IMG/VR virus record: IMGVR_UViG_3300020192_000047
Span: 1-33,549 of that record
DNA: 33,549 bases
DNA from: a virus
Lineage: Duplodnaviria > Caudoviricetes
Direction: 5' to 3' (one strand)
Position numbers and translations under genes: made by a program. Below the pieces are notes generated by a model. It worked only from the letters and a program-made list of their open reading frames with translations. It had not been told where the DNA came from and made no database searches. The first letter of the stretch is position 1; each line of letters opens with the position of its first letter. Below are positions 8,601 through 16,703 of the stretch, piece after piece.

Positions 8601-10611
8601 TTCCATGAATTGGGGAGCCGCTCTCGGAATCCCCAACAAGACCAGAAATGTCATGGTCGTGACCTCGTGGTCCCCGGCGGGCGCCGCGCTCTATGGCGAC
8701 GACTGGTCCGCCTCCGCCGCGCGGTTCTGGCCGCCGAGCATGCGGCCGGTCGTCATCACCGATGCGGAACTCGAAAAAGATCCCGAGTTCGTCGCGTTCA
8801 TGGCTCGCCACGCGCACCGGAGGATGAATCCTCATGACCATGATTATGATTTTCGTATGGATCTGGTTCGTTTCGCTCACAAGGTCTTCGCGCTGAAGGT
8901 CGCGATCGATTCGGTAGATACGGACTGGCTGATCTGGCTCGATGGCGACGTCACCACGCGCGACCGTATCACGGAGGAGTTTCTCGACTCGATCCTGTTG
9001 GAGGATCATGACGGCGTCCTGCTTTCCCGCTCCGGCACCGCGTCGGCTCCGGAATGCGGCTTCATGGCGTTCAATCTCAGGCGTGGCGGCATCGAGTTCC
9101 TGCAAGGCTTCATCAAGCTCTACACGAGCGACGCGGTGCTCCAAATGGCCGAGCACCACGACAGCCATGTTTTCATGGCGGCGGTGCTCGCGCACATGGA
9201 GGCCAAGGGCTCGAAATGGCTCGATCTGGCGCCCAGGGGCGGCGGCAAGCACGGCCTCGACGCGTTCGAGGTGAGCCCGCTGCATTCGTTCTTCACGCAT
9301 CGCAAAGGTAACCGGAAGTTCACCGAGCTGCCGCCGTGCTCGAATGAGCGCATCCTGGGCATGCTGGCGGCCGGCAGGGGGGTGACCCGCATCCAGGCGA
9401 AGCCCTGTCTGTGGCCCAGGACAGCCCCGGAGGCCGGGTCCGTCGTCATCATCGAATGCGGCATGCACGGCATCGATAACATCAGACAGACCGTTCTCAA
9501 ATACGCGAACACGCTGCAAATCTATGACGGCTACTACACCGCCGATGCCCATGGGTCTCACATCGACGACACGCTTCATGGCGTCAACTCGGTGGTCAAT
9601 GACCTCATCGTGTTCGACTCGATCGAAACGGCGGTCAAGGGATTCATCCATATCGCGGTTCCCGCGGGTTTCCCCAACATCCCCGTATCGATTCCGATCT
9701 TCACCCACCGCATGCTGGCGCCGATCAACAAGAGCGATGTCACCAAGCTTTCCAAGGATGCCTACAAGACGAATTTTCTGCTGCAAACGCAGAACTGCGT
9801 CAGCAACGAGGAGATCCACGCGAACATCACGGCCAACATGCTGCTGATGCCGAAATGGATCACCAACACCTATCCCCACCGCAACCGCGCCATCGTGGTC
9901 TCCGGCGGACCCAGCATTCACTTCCCCGAGACCATGGCGGAGATCCGCAGAGAGATCGCGGCCGGCGCCTATGTGCTGTGCGTCAAGCACGCGCATCAAC
10001 ACCTGATCGCCAGCGGAATCATCCCCTGGGGATGCGTGCTGCTCGATCCTCGCGAGCACGAGGGCACCTCAACTCATGGCCATTCCCGTCGTGACCTCAT
10101 CCCCAAGGCTCATCCCGGCGTGCGCTATTTCGTGGCGTCGATGGTCCACCCCAGCGTCACGAAGAAGCTGCTGGACAGCGGCGGCAAAATCATCGGCTGG
10201 CATGCCGCCGTAGGCGCGGACGAGAAGAAAATCCTGCCCCCGGAGCACGCCGCGATGCTGATGGGAGGCGGCACCTCGTCGGCGGGGAGGACCGTTTTGC
10301 TCGCCTGGCAATTCCTCGGCTTCGGGTCGATCGGGTTGTACGGCTTCGATTCCTGCCACCTCGATCACAGCAGTGTCGATCGCAACGCCCGCCACCAGGA
10401 CGGGACGCCGAAATATGTGATGATGGATATGGCGGTTCAGGGCGCCCACAAGGAGTTCCTGACTGACCGGGATATTCTCTCCCAGGCGCAGGACTTCACC
10501 CGCTTCATGAAGGAAGCGCCATGGATTCCCTGGGACTCGCATGGCGAGGGCATGGTGGCCTTCCTGTGGGAGAACACCAAGGGCAAACTCCCCAAGATCG
10601 ACTCATACTAG
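8593..10611 (+). CDS. Multidomain protein: GT-A glycosyltransferase + degenerate methyltransferase-like segment + Maf/DUF115 (MptE-like) domain
   Basis: N-terminal RFAHKVFAL, WLDGD, ECGF, HDSHVF, HRKGNRK. C-terminal AIVVSGGPS, LLDPRE, ASMVHP, GGGTSSAGR, LGFGSIGLYGFDS. Confidence 0.8.
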   Translation: MNDSMNWGAALGIPNKTRNVMVVTSWSPAGAALYGDDWSASAARFWPPSMRPVVITDAELEKDPEFVAFMARHAHRRMNPHDHDYDFRMDLVRFAHKVFALKVAIDSVDTDWLIWLDGDVTTRDRITEEFLDSILLEDHDGVLLSRSGTASAPECGFMAFNLRRGGIEFLQGFIKLYTSDAVLQMAEHHDSHVFMAAVLAHMEAKGSKWLDLAPRGGGKHGLDAFEVSPLHSFFTHRKGNRKFTELPPCSNERILGMLAAGRGVTRIQAKPCLWPRTAPEAGSVVIIECGMHGIDNIRQTVLKYANTLQIYDGYYTADAHGSHIDDTLHGVNSVVNDLIVFDSIETAVKGFIHIAVPAGFPNIPVSIPIFTHRMLAPINKSDVTKLSKDAYKTNFLLQTQNCVSNEEIHANITANMLLMPKWITNTYPHRNRAIVVSGGPSIHFPETMAEIRREIAAGAYVLCVKHAHQHLIASGIIPWGCVLLDPREHEGTSTHGHSRRDLIPKAHPGVRYFVASMVHPSVTKKLLDSGGKIIGWHAAVGADEKKILPPEHAAMLMGGGTSSAGRTVLLAWQFLGFGSIGLYGFDSCHLDHSSVDRNARHQDGTPKYVMMDMAVQGAHKEFLTDRDILSQAQDFTRFMKEAPWIPWDSHGEGMVAFLWENTKGKLPKIDSY

Positions 10612-10619
10612 CCGGGCGG

Positions 10620-10648
10620 TTCACGCGGGGCCCGGAAGGCTGTAGGCT
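10620..10648 (+). promoter_or_regulatory. Candidate sigma70-like promoter upstream of portal
   Basis: TTCACG-17 bp-TAGGCT in the only gap before the portal; overlaps a CCGGGC/GCCCGG inverted repeat (10612-10635). Confidence 0.35.
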
Positions 10649-10683
10649 CCGGCAGGGACTCAACTCAGGATTCGGAGTGAAGA

Positions 10684-12855
10684 ATGGTTGATTCCAGTAA
10701 CTTTCGCGGCGACTCCTCAAAGATCAAGAAGCCCCGCAAGGCGCCGAAACAACTGAGCGGCATGCTCGTCAACATCGCCGACTCCCTCCCCGAGGCCGAT
10801 CTGGCGGCGATCGCGGAAATCTGCGTCGAGGATTTCGAGGCCGACCGCTCGAGCCGCGCCGAGTGGGACTCGATGCACGCCGATTGGGTGGCGGTCTACA
10901 ATCAGTGCGACGCCCCGATCAATCCGCCTTGGCAGAACTCGTCGGACGAGTCGATCGGGCTCCTGACCGAAAGCTGCAACTCATTCCAGGCCCGCGCCTA
11001 TAAGGCGTTCTTCCCCAGCCGCAACCCGATCACGGCGCTCGCGGTCGGCAAGCAGAGCCCCACGATGAGCGAGCGGGCCAAGCGCGTCGGGAAATATCTG
11101 CAATGGAGCCTGTTCACGCGCGACCAGACCTACAAGGAGGAGAAGTCGGCGATGCTCCTCCGGGTCGCCATCCACGGCTCGGATTTCTCCAAGACCTATT
11201 TCGACCCGGTCATGAACAAGATCGTGGTCCGCCCGGTGCGCGCGCAGGACCTCTATGTGCCCTACAGCGCCGGCCCGGTGAACATCGAGGACGTGCCGAG
11301 AAAGACCGAGCTGATCCACCTTGGTCTCAACGAGGGCCGCTGGCGGGCGAAGGCGGGATACTTCTCCGTCGTGCCGGTCCCGATGGCGCAGGGCATCAAT
11401 GCCCAACCTCAGCAACAGCAGGCCGACAGCGACGGCGGCGTCAAGCCGGGCTCGCTCTCGGACTCCGAGGACTACAGCGAGATCGTCGAGCAGCATCGCG
11501 ATCTCGACCTGGACGGCGACGGCATCGCCGCGCCCTACAAGGTGTGGGTCGACGTGACCGCGCGCGTCACGCTGCGCATCGAGGTCCGCTACGACGTCGA
11601 TGATCTGGGCCGCCCCACGAATGGCAAACTGCCGATAGAGGAATACACGCATTATCGATTCCTGGTGAACCCGGACGGCTTCTACGGCTACGGCCTGGGC
11701 TTCCTGATCGGCAAGACCAACATCGCCATGAACAAGATGTTGCGTCAGTACATCGACGCCACGACGCTCGCCATCCACGGCAACATGAGCGGTTTCATCA
11801 GCGACGAGCTCAACGTCTCCAAGGGGCCGGTGAAGCTCGAGCTGGGATCGTTCAAGACCGTCTCGGCCTCGGCGGAGCAGATCCAAAAAGGCATCAAGAC
11901 AATGGACTTCAAGCCTCCCAGCGATGGCTTGATGAAGGCGATGGGGCAGCTTGAAAACCGCGCCCAGCGCATCGGCGCCGCGACGGACGCGCTCTCCGGG
12001 GACATCCAGAAGGTCATGCAACCGACCACGATCATGACCATGGTGGAGCAGGGCTTGATGCTGTTCACCTCGGTCCAGGAGTTCCTTCTCAACTCGTGGA
12101 GCAAGGAGCTCAACAAGGTCTACCGGCTCAACAGCCTGTATTTCCGGGGCGAGGAATGGTTCGTCGCGATCTCGCCGGCCGGCGCCGAGGAGGCCTTCGT
12201 CAAGGAGGAGGATTTCCGCGACGACATGATGATCATGCCGGTGGCCGACCCGCGCATGTCCAGCCAGCAGACCCGCATCCAGCGCGCCCAATTCCTCTAT
12301 GACTTCGCGCTGAAAAACCCGCTGATCGCATCGCGGCCCGAAGTTCTCCTCAAGGTCACGCGCCGGCTGCTCGAGGAGATGGATTTCGACTCGATCGACG
12401 AGCTCCTCCCCAAGGACGTCAAGGAGCTTCCCCCGTCGCAGCCCGACCCCAAGGTGCAGGCGATCCAGGCCAAGGCGCAGGCGGAACAGGCGAAGATGGC
12501 CGGCCAGCAGCAGAACGAGCAGCAGAAGATCGGCCTGCTCGCCCAGAAGACCAAGGTGGAGAGCGACGCCATCGTGCAGAAATCCCAGGTCGATGCCCAG
12601 GTCGCCATGACGAAAATGGGCATCAACGAGGAAATGGCCCGGCAAAACGCCGGCCTCAAGAGCGCGAAGATGTCGAGCGACATCGAGATGTCCCGCGCCA
12701 AGACCGCACACGAGCGGGACGCGCGGACCTCGGAACTCGCCGGCAACCACGCCTTGAGCAAGGCGGAGTCGCGCGCCGCGATCAGGCTGGACCGTGAGAA
12801 GGCCCGCGCCGATGTCTTCACCAAGGCCATGAGCGGCGGAGCGCCGAAGAAATGA
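10684..12855 (+). CDS. Portal protein with long C-terminal coiled-coil (P22-like barrel)
   Basis: 723 aa, GGAG RBS. DRSSRAEW, PPWQNSS, GSDFSKTYFDP, GFYGYGLG, PVADP motifs are typical of podoviral portals; Q/A/K-rich helical tail. Confidence 0.88.
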   Translation: MVDSSNFRGDSSKIKKPRKAPKQLSGMLVNIADSLPEADLAAIAEICVEDFEADRSSRAEWDSMHADWVAVYNQCDAPINPPWQNSSDESIGLLTESCNSFQARAYKAFFPSRNPITALAVGKQSPTMSERAKRVGKYLQWSLFTRDQTYKEEKSAMLLRVAIHGSDFSKTYFDPVMNKIVVRPVRAQDLYVPYSAGPVNIEDVPRKTELIHLGLNEGRWRAKAGYFSVVPVPMAQGINAQPQQQQADSDGGVKPGSLSDSEDYSEIVEQHRDLDLDGDGIAAPYKVWVDVTARVTLRIEVRYDVDDLGRPTNGKLPIEEYTHYRFLVNPDGFYGYGLGFLIGKTNIAMNKMLRQYIDATTLAIHGNMSGFISDELNVSKGPVKLELGSFKTVSASAEQIQKGIKTMDFKPPSDGLMKAMGQLENRAQRIGAATDALSGDIQKVMQPTTIMTMVEQGLMLFTSVQEFLLNSWSKELNKVYRLNSLYFRGEEWFVAISPAGAEEAFVKEEDFRDDMMIMPVADPRMSSQQTRIQRAQFLYDFALKNPLIASRPEVLLKVTRRLLEEMDFDSIDELLPKDVKELPPSQPDPKVQAIQAKAQAEQAKMAGQQQNEQQKIGLLAQKTKVESDAIVQKSQVDAQVAMTKMGINEEMARQNAGLKSAKMSSDIEMSRAKTAHERDARTSELAGNHALSKAESRAAIRLDREKARADVFTKAMSGGAPKK

Positions 12856-13052
12856 CGCCCCTGTGGAAGGATATGGACGCCGACGAGATCGAAATTTGGC
12901 GACGTCATCCGGCCACAAAATGGCTGCTCAAGACCGTCGCGGATGCCGAGACGGTGGGGGCCTATCGCGCGGCGACGGACATGCTTAGTCTTGGGCGCGC
13001 CCAGGGCATGGAAGCCGCGTTCGTGCTGATCCGCCGCCACATCGAGAAGTGA
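12852..13052 (+). CDS. Small hypothetical protein following portal
   Basis: ATGA overlap with the portal stop; WRRHPATKWLL...LGRAQGM helical protein in the usual post-portal position. Confidence 0.7.
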   Translation: MTPLWKDMDADEIEIWRRHPATKWLLKTVADAETVGAYRAATDMLSLGRAQGMEAAFVLIRRHIEK

Positions 13053-14185
13053 CCTTCATGAAGCGTCGCCGCCGCAGTCGTCCCCAACAATTCGAAGCCG
13101 CGTTGGGCCGCATGATTCCGCGTGACCAAGAGAGCGAAGGCCTCGCTGCCGAGGGACGCTTTGGGGATACAGAACTGGCGCATGTCTCCCCGCGCGAGGC
13201 GGCCATTCTCAAGGCGCTCGGCGGCTCCGGCACCCGTAATCCGCGCTCCGGCTTGCGTGAGTATTTCGGCGCTGATGACGGTGCCCACAGCGGTGGTGAT
13301 TTCTCCAGTGAGACCGGGGGTATCGGCATGGGGAGAGATGACGCGAGCGCCGTCAGCGGCGGTGATTTCTCCAGTGAGCCCGGGATCGGACAATCCCCCG
13401 TGGGGACTCCTACGCCAGGCGAAGGCGATTTCTCCAGTGAGCCGGGACTCGGAACTTCTCCGGGGCTCGGCAGGGGGCCAACTTCTCCGGTGGAAGACGG
13501 CTTCGGCGCGCAGCTCGCCGGCATGCTCGGACTCCCCACCAGCTTCTCTGGCCTGGCGGGCAAATTCGACCCGCGCACCCAGGAAGGCATGTTCAACGCG
13601 CTGACGGGGCAGGTCCCGGGCCTCGGCATGGCGAGCCGGGGCATGCTCGAGGGCACCCGGGCGCTCGGCGGCGCGATCAACTCCGGGCTCCAGTCGATGG
13701 GGATCTACGGCTCCGCTCCGGCGGAAGCGATGGATTTCGGCAATGCCGCCCGCTTCGGCGGCGACCAGTTCGCGGGTATCGACATGGGGAGAGAGGACGC
13801 GGGCTATGACCGAGATCGCGTCGGCCGCGCGATCGGAGCGACGCCGGTCTCCAACCCCGGTCCCAAATACGGCCGCAGCGATGCCGGCGGCGTGCCGGAG
13901 GAAATCTCGTCCTTCCTCGGACCCGGCATGAGCGACCTCCAGTCCCGCGCGCTGATCTCGACCTACGGCACGCAAGGGGTGAACTCCGGGTTTCGATCCG
14001 ACCCGGTGAAACGGTACTATGCTCGCCTCCTCAACAATGGGATCATTGATGACGACGGGAAGCCCCAGGCGCAGCCCTATACACTGCCGATCGAGCATCA
14101 GTATTGGCAGAGCGTCCTAGGCAAGCCCGCTTCCGACCCATCGAAGTTCGATGACATCTACGGCTCGATTTCACGCTACCTTTGA
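13049..14185 (+). CDS. Gly-rich putative internal/structural virion protein with GDFSSE repeats
   Basis: GRFGDTELAHVSPREAAILKALGGSGTRNPRSGLREYF is a motif I recall from podophage virion proteins. Low-complexity G/P/S middle. Start could be 13049, 13058 or 13112. Confidence 0.7.
   Translation: MTFMKRRRRSRPQQFEAALGRMIPRDQESEGLAAEGRFGDTELAHVSPREAAILKALGGSGTRNPRSGLREYFGADDGAHSGGDFSSETGGIGMGRDDASAVSGGDFSSEPGIGQSPVGTPTPGEGDFSSEPGLGTSPGLGRGPTSPVEDGFGAQLAGMLGLPTSFSGLAGKFDPRTQEGMFNALTGQVPGLGMASRGMLEGTRALGGAINSGLQSMGIYGSAPAEAMDFGNAARFGGDQFAGIDMGREDAGYDRDRVGRAIGATPVSNPGPKYGRSDAGGVPEEISSFLGPGMSDLQSRALISTYGTQGVNSGFRSDPVKRYYARLLNNGIIDDDGKPQAQPYTLPIEHQYWQSVLGKPASDPSKFDDIYGSISRYL
13288..13441 (+). repeat. 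Three imperfect direct repeats (core GATTTCTCCAGTGAG)
   Basis: Copies within 13288-13312, 13354-13378 and 13427-13441, each encoding GDFSSE in frame. Confidence 0.9.
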
Positions 14186-14194
14186 GAGGTTCAC

Positions 14195-14422
14195 ATGCGC
14201 ATTCTCCTGGCTCTGCTTCTCCTGTCTTCGCCTGCCTTCGCGGCTGCCACAGCTCCCTCGCCCCCGGACCCGCCGACTCCGCACACCGCAGACAGCGTGG
14301 GCGCCACGGCGACCGTCGCGTCGGCCCGCGCCCCCGGCGGCTACAACAACTATTGCCAGACCTGGCGCGACACGCGAGCCAAGGATCGCGCGCTGTTTCG
14401 CGCGTGTCTGGCGAACGAGTGA
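14195..14422 (+). CDS. Small secreted Pro-rich protein
   Basis: GAGG RBS; signal peptide MRILLALLLLSSPAFAA; PSPPDPPTP linker; two Cys near the C-terminus. Confidence 0.7.
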   Translation: MRILLALLLLSSPAFAAATAPSPPDPPTPHTADSVGATATVASARAPGGYNNYCQTWRDTRAKDRALFRACLANE

Positions 14423-14426
14423 CGCC

Positions 14427-14606
14427 ATGAACGCCCTCGTGAACGCCGCCCCCATGGCTGTCCGCCGCACGTTCAATGTCGAAAACCTGATCAAGTATGA
14501 CCTTGGCAACGGCGCGTTTCTCTACACCAACACCAGCGCCCTGGTCGTGCGCATAATGTGGGATAGCGGAGACGGCATCATCCGCAGCGTCAACTTGGTC
14601 ACTTAG
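14427..14606 (+). CDS. Hypothetical protein (59 aa)
   Basis: MNALVNAAPMAVRRTFNVENLIKYDLGNG...; fills the gap with phage-like codon usage. Confidence 0.55.
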   Translation: MNALVNAAPMAVRRTFNVENLIKYDLGNGAFLYTNTSALVVRIMWDSGDGIIRSVNLVT

Positions 14607-14651
14607 CGAGATCCGTCCGAGCGCCTCACTCGGATGGCCAGGAGGAGCAGA

Positions 14652-14930
14652 ATGCGTTTGATCCCCCTCGTCGCGTTCTGCTCCTCCGTTCTCTTCTTGA
14701 CGGCTGCGTCTGCCCAGCAAATCCCGTGTGGCCCATACATGGATCTCCTACGTTGGCTCGAGGAGAAATACGGCGAGAAGCCGATCGCCACGGCGATGAC
14801 CAATGGCGGCGCGAGACTTGAAATCGTGGTTTCCTCCTCCGGCTCCTGGTCGATCCTCTCCATTCGATCCGATGGCCTCGCGTGTCTTGTCGCCAACGGC
14901 TCCCGCTGGACGGCCCCTCCGGGGGCCTGA
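14652..14930 (+). CDS. Small secreted protein of a family recalled from Alphaproteobacteria
   Basis: GGAGGAG RBS; signal peptide; CGPYMDLLRWLEEKYGE...GSWSIL...DGLACLVANG pattern. Confidence 0.75.
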   Translation: MRLIPLVAFCSSVLFLTAASAQQIPCGPYMDLLRWLEEKYGEKPIATAMTNGGARLEIVVSSSGSWSILSIRSDGLACLVANGSRWTAPPGA

Positions 14931-14939
14931 CCCTCCCCC

Positions 14940-14980
14940 CTTCCGCCGCTTCTGAAAACCAATAGGCTTCCCTTAGGGAA
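14940..14980 (+). promoter_or_regulatory. Candidate promoter/operator upstream of groES and the capsid genes
   Basis: TAGGCT at 14963-14968 (same hexamer as before the portal), followed by the near-perfect palindrome TTCCCT-T-AGGGAA (14968-14980). Confidence 0.3.
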
Positions 14981-14999
14981 TCACTCCCCAGAGGAAGTC

Positions 15000-15323
15000 A
15001 TGGCCAAGAGGCTCACTCCGCTTTTTGCGCGGATCACAGTGCAGGTTGACACCGCACAGCAGACCATCACCCAAAAGTACGCGGCCTTGCGGAAAGTTGG
15101 GTTTTCAGTTCCAGCGATCGTCGAACAGAAGCAGATCCCGGATGAGGGGACCATCGTCGGCGTCGGCGCGGACTGCGCCATCGTCAAGCTCGGCGACCGG
15201 GTGCTGTTCGGCAAATGGGCAGCGAAGGAGATCGGTTTTGCGCCTGGCCACTTCGTTATGATGGAGGAGGACGTCATCGGCCTGATCACCGGCTCTGACG
15301 ATGCCGCCGAAAAGGTGGCGTGA
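15000..15323 (+). CDS. groES: GroES/Cpn10-like co-chaperonin
   Basis: LTPLFARITV...EGTIVGVG...VKLGDRVLFGKWAAKEI...MMEEDVIG; GAGGA RBS. Confidence 0.88.
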   Translation: MAKRLTPLFARITVQVDTAQQTITQKYAALRKVGFSVPAIVEQKQIPDEGTIVGVGADCAIVKLGDRVLFGKWAAKEIGFAPGHFVMMEEDVIGLITGSDDAAEKVA

Positions 15324-16252
15324 TGGCTACCGAGAGAATGACGAATCGCGTCGAGATCGATGACGACGATGTTCCCCCGGCCCCAGCGCCCATCGCGACC
15401 AAAGAGCCGTCTAAGGAGCCCGTCAAGACCAAGGAGCCTGATGGCGCCGACTTCGTCGAGATCGAAGACCCGCAAATCCTCGCCAGGTTCAAGCGTCTGT
15501 ACCGCCACACCAAGGAGGCCAATGAGCGCTCCGAAAAGGTGGAACGGCAGCTCGGGATGCTCGGGGACCAGAACCGGAGGCTCGCCGAGGCGATCGGCAA
15601 ACTGACATCGGCACACCAGGACAAGACGACCCGGGACGAGTTGGCCGCCTTGCGAGAGGAAGCCAATACGGCGCTCGCAACCGGCGACACCAAGGCGTTC
15701 ACCGAGGTCAACGAGCGCCTCAACGAGATCAAGATCGAGGCCAAGAAGGCCGATGCGGAGGCCAAGGTCGAGCCGGTGCCGGAGTCCCTGGTCACGGACA
15801 CGGAGTTGCGAATCCTCGCCCGCTGGCAGCATGAACTCGACGATGACGACAAGCCGGTGCGGCCATGGGCGCATCGGGATCATGCCGAGTTCGCGGCCAC
15901 CCAGGAGTTGATCCGCAAGATTTCAGCGCGCCAGGACATGGAGGGCGCGACGGTGCGCGAGATTCTCGCCGAGGTCGACAAGCGCATGAAGCGCATCGCC
16001 AAGGAGGATGCCTCCGACGACGGAGACGAGACTCCCGTGCGTCGCGCGTTCTCCTCTCCCCAAGGCAGGCCATCGCCGCGCGCGGCCGGACCCCAGGCTC
16101 TCACCGCCCAGGAGAAGGAGATCGCCGAGCGGATGTTCACCGGTGTCGGGCGCTATTCGGTCTCGAAAACTGCCAAGGACGCGCATGCGGAATACCTGAA
16201 GCAGAAGACTGCCCTCGGTGTCGCGGGTAGGGGCATTGCGGTGGAGGACTGA
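15323..16252 (+). CDS. Capsid scaffolding protein (putative)
   Basis: Acidic N-terminus, long coiled-coil, C-terminal LTAQEKEIAERM...EYLKQK helix pair; lies upstream of the capsid genes. Confidence 0.7.
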   Translation: MATERMTNRVEIDDDDVPPAPAPIATKEPSKEPVKTKEPDGADFVEIEDPQILARFKRLYRHTKEANERSEKVERQLGMLGDQNRRLAEAIGKLTSAHQDKTTRDELAALREEANTALATGDTKAFTEVNERLNEIKIEAKKADAEAKVEPVPESLVTDTELRILARWQHELDDDDKPVRPWAHRDHAEFAATQELIRKISARQDMEGATVREILAEVDKRMKRIAKEDASDDGDETPVRRAFSSPQGRPSPRAAGPQALTAQEKEIAERMFTGVGRYSVSKTAKDAHAEYLKQKTALGVAGRGIAVED

Positions 16253-16253
16253 A

Positions 16254-16691
16254 ATGATAGCATCGGATTTGGACGCCGGAGAGCAGCCGACCGAGAAGAA
16301 GGCGAAGAAAGTCGCAAAGGGCACCCGGAGTTGGAAGCCCGCCGCACCCCTCGCCATCAAGAGCAGAGATCCGAATTATCGGATCAAGTGGGTCCACACG
16401 GACGCCGCGAACGTGCTCCGCAAGAAGGCAGAGGGATGGGCGATGGCGGATACTGGCGATGCCAGACACGCTCGCCCCGGCTCTGTCGAGAGTGGCGCTG
16501 GAGACGGCGGCTCGATCACGGAATTTAGGGACATGGTGCTCATGAAGATGCCGGAGAGCATGGCGCGTGAGCGGGATGCCTATTACCAGAACCGCGCCAA
16601 CGAGCAGCTCATGGGCGTCAAGGATCGGGACAAGAAGAAGATTCGGGCCGCCACCGGAGTCCTGGTGGATGGCGAAATCACCATTGAATAA
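16254..16691 (+). CDS. Conserved head-region protein
   Basis: GGAGGA RBS before ATG 16254. WKPAAPL...YRIKWV...EGW...DMVLMKMPE...RDAYY pattern is typical of the gene between scaffold and capsid. Confidence 0.7.
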   Translation: MIASDLDAGEQPTEKKAKKVAKGTRSWKPAAPLAIKSRDPNYRIKWVHTDAANVLRKKAEGWAMADTGDARHARPGSVESGAGDGGSITEFRDMVLMKMPESMARERDAYYQNRANEQLMGVKDRDKKKIRAATGVLVDGEITIE

Positions 16692-16703
16692 GGGAGCGCT
16701 CCA

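Noticed and set aside
2511-10611. Interpretation as a host LPS/capsule locus or Gtr-type serotype-conversion cassette
   Set aside because: Embedded between terL and portal with phage-like codon usage and coupling; lacks flippase, polymerase or membrane GT components. Disfavoured, not excluded.
10981-12918. 645-aa minus-strand ORF (also 8581-10059, 637-1986, 16137-17489, 27257-28516)
   Set aside because: Antisense shadows of well-supported + strand genes. High-GC codon bias suppresses stops on the opposite strand, and the translations have no recognisable motifs.
13288-13441. Spaced direct repeats as a possible mini-CRISPR array
   Set aside because: Only three short imperfect copies, in frame within a coding region, with no cas genes or leader.
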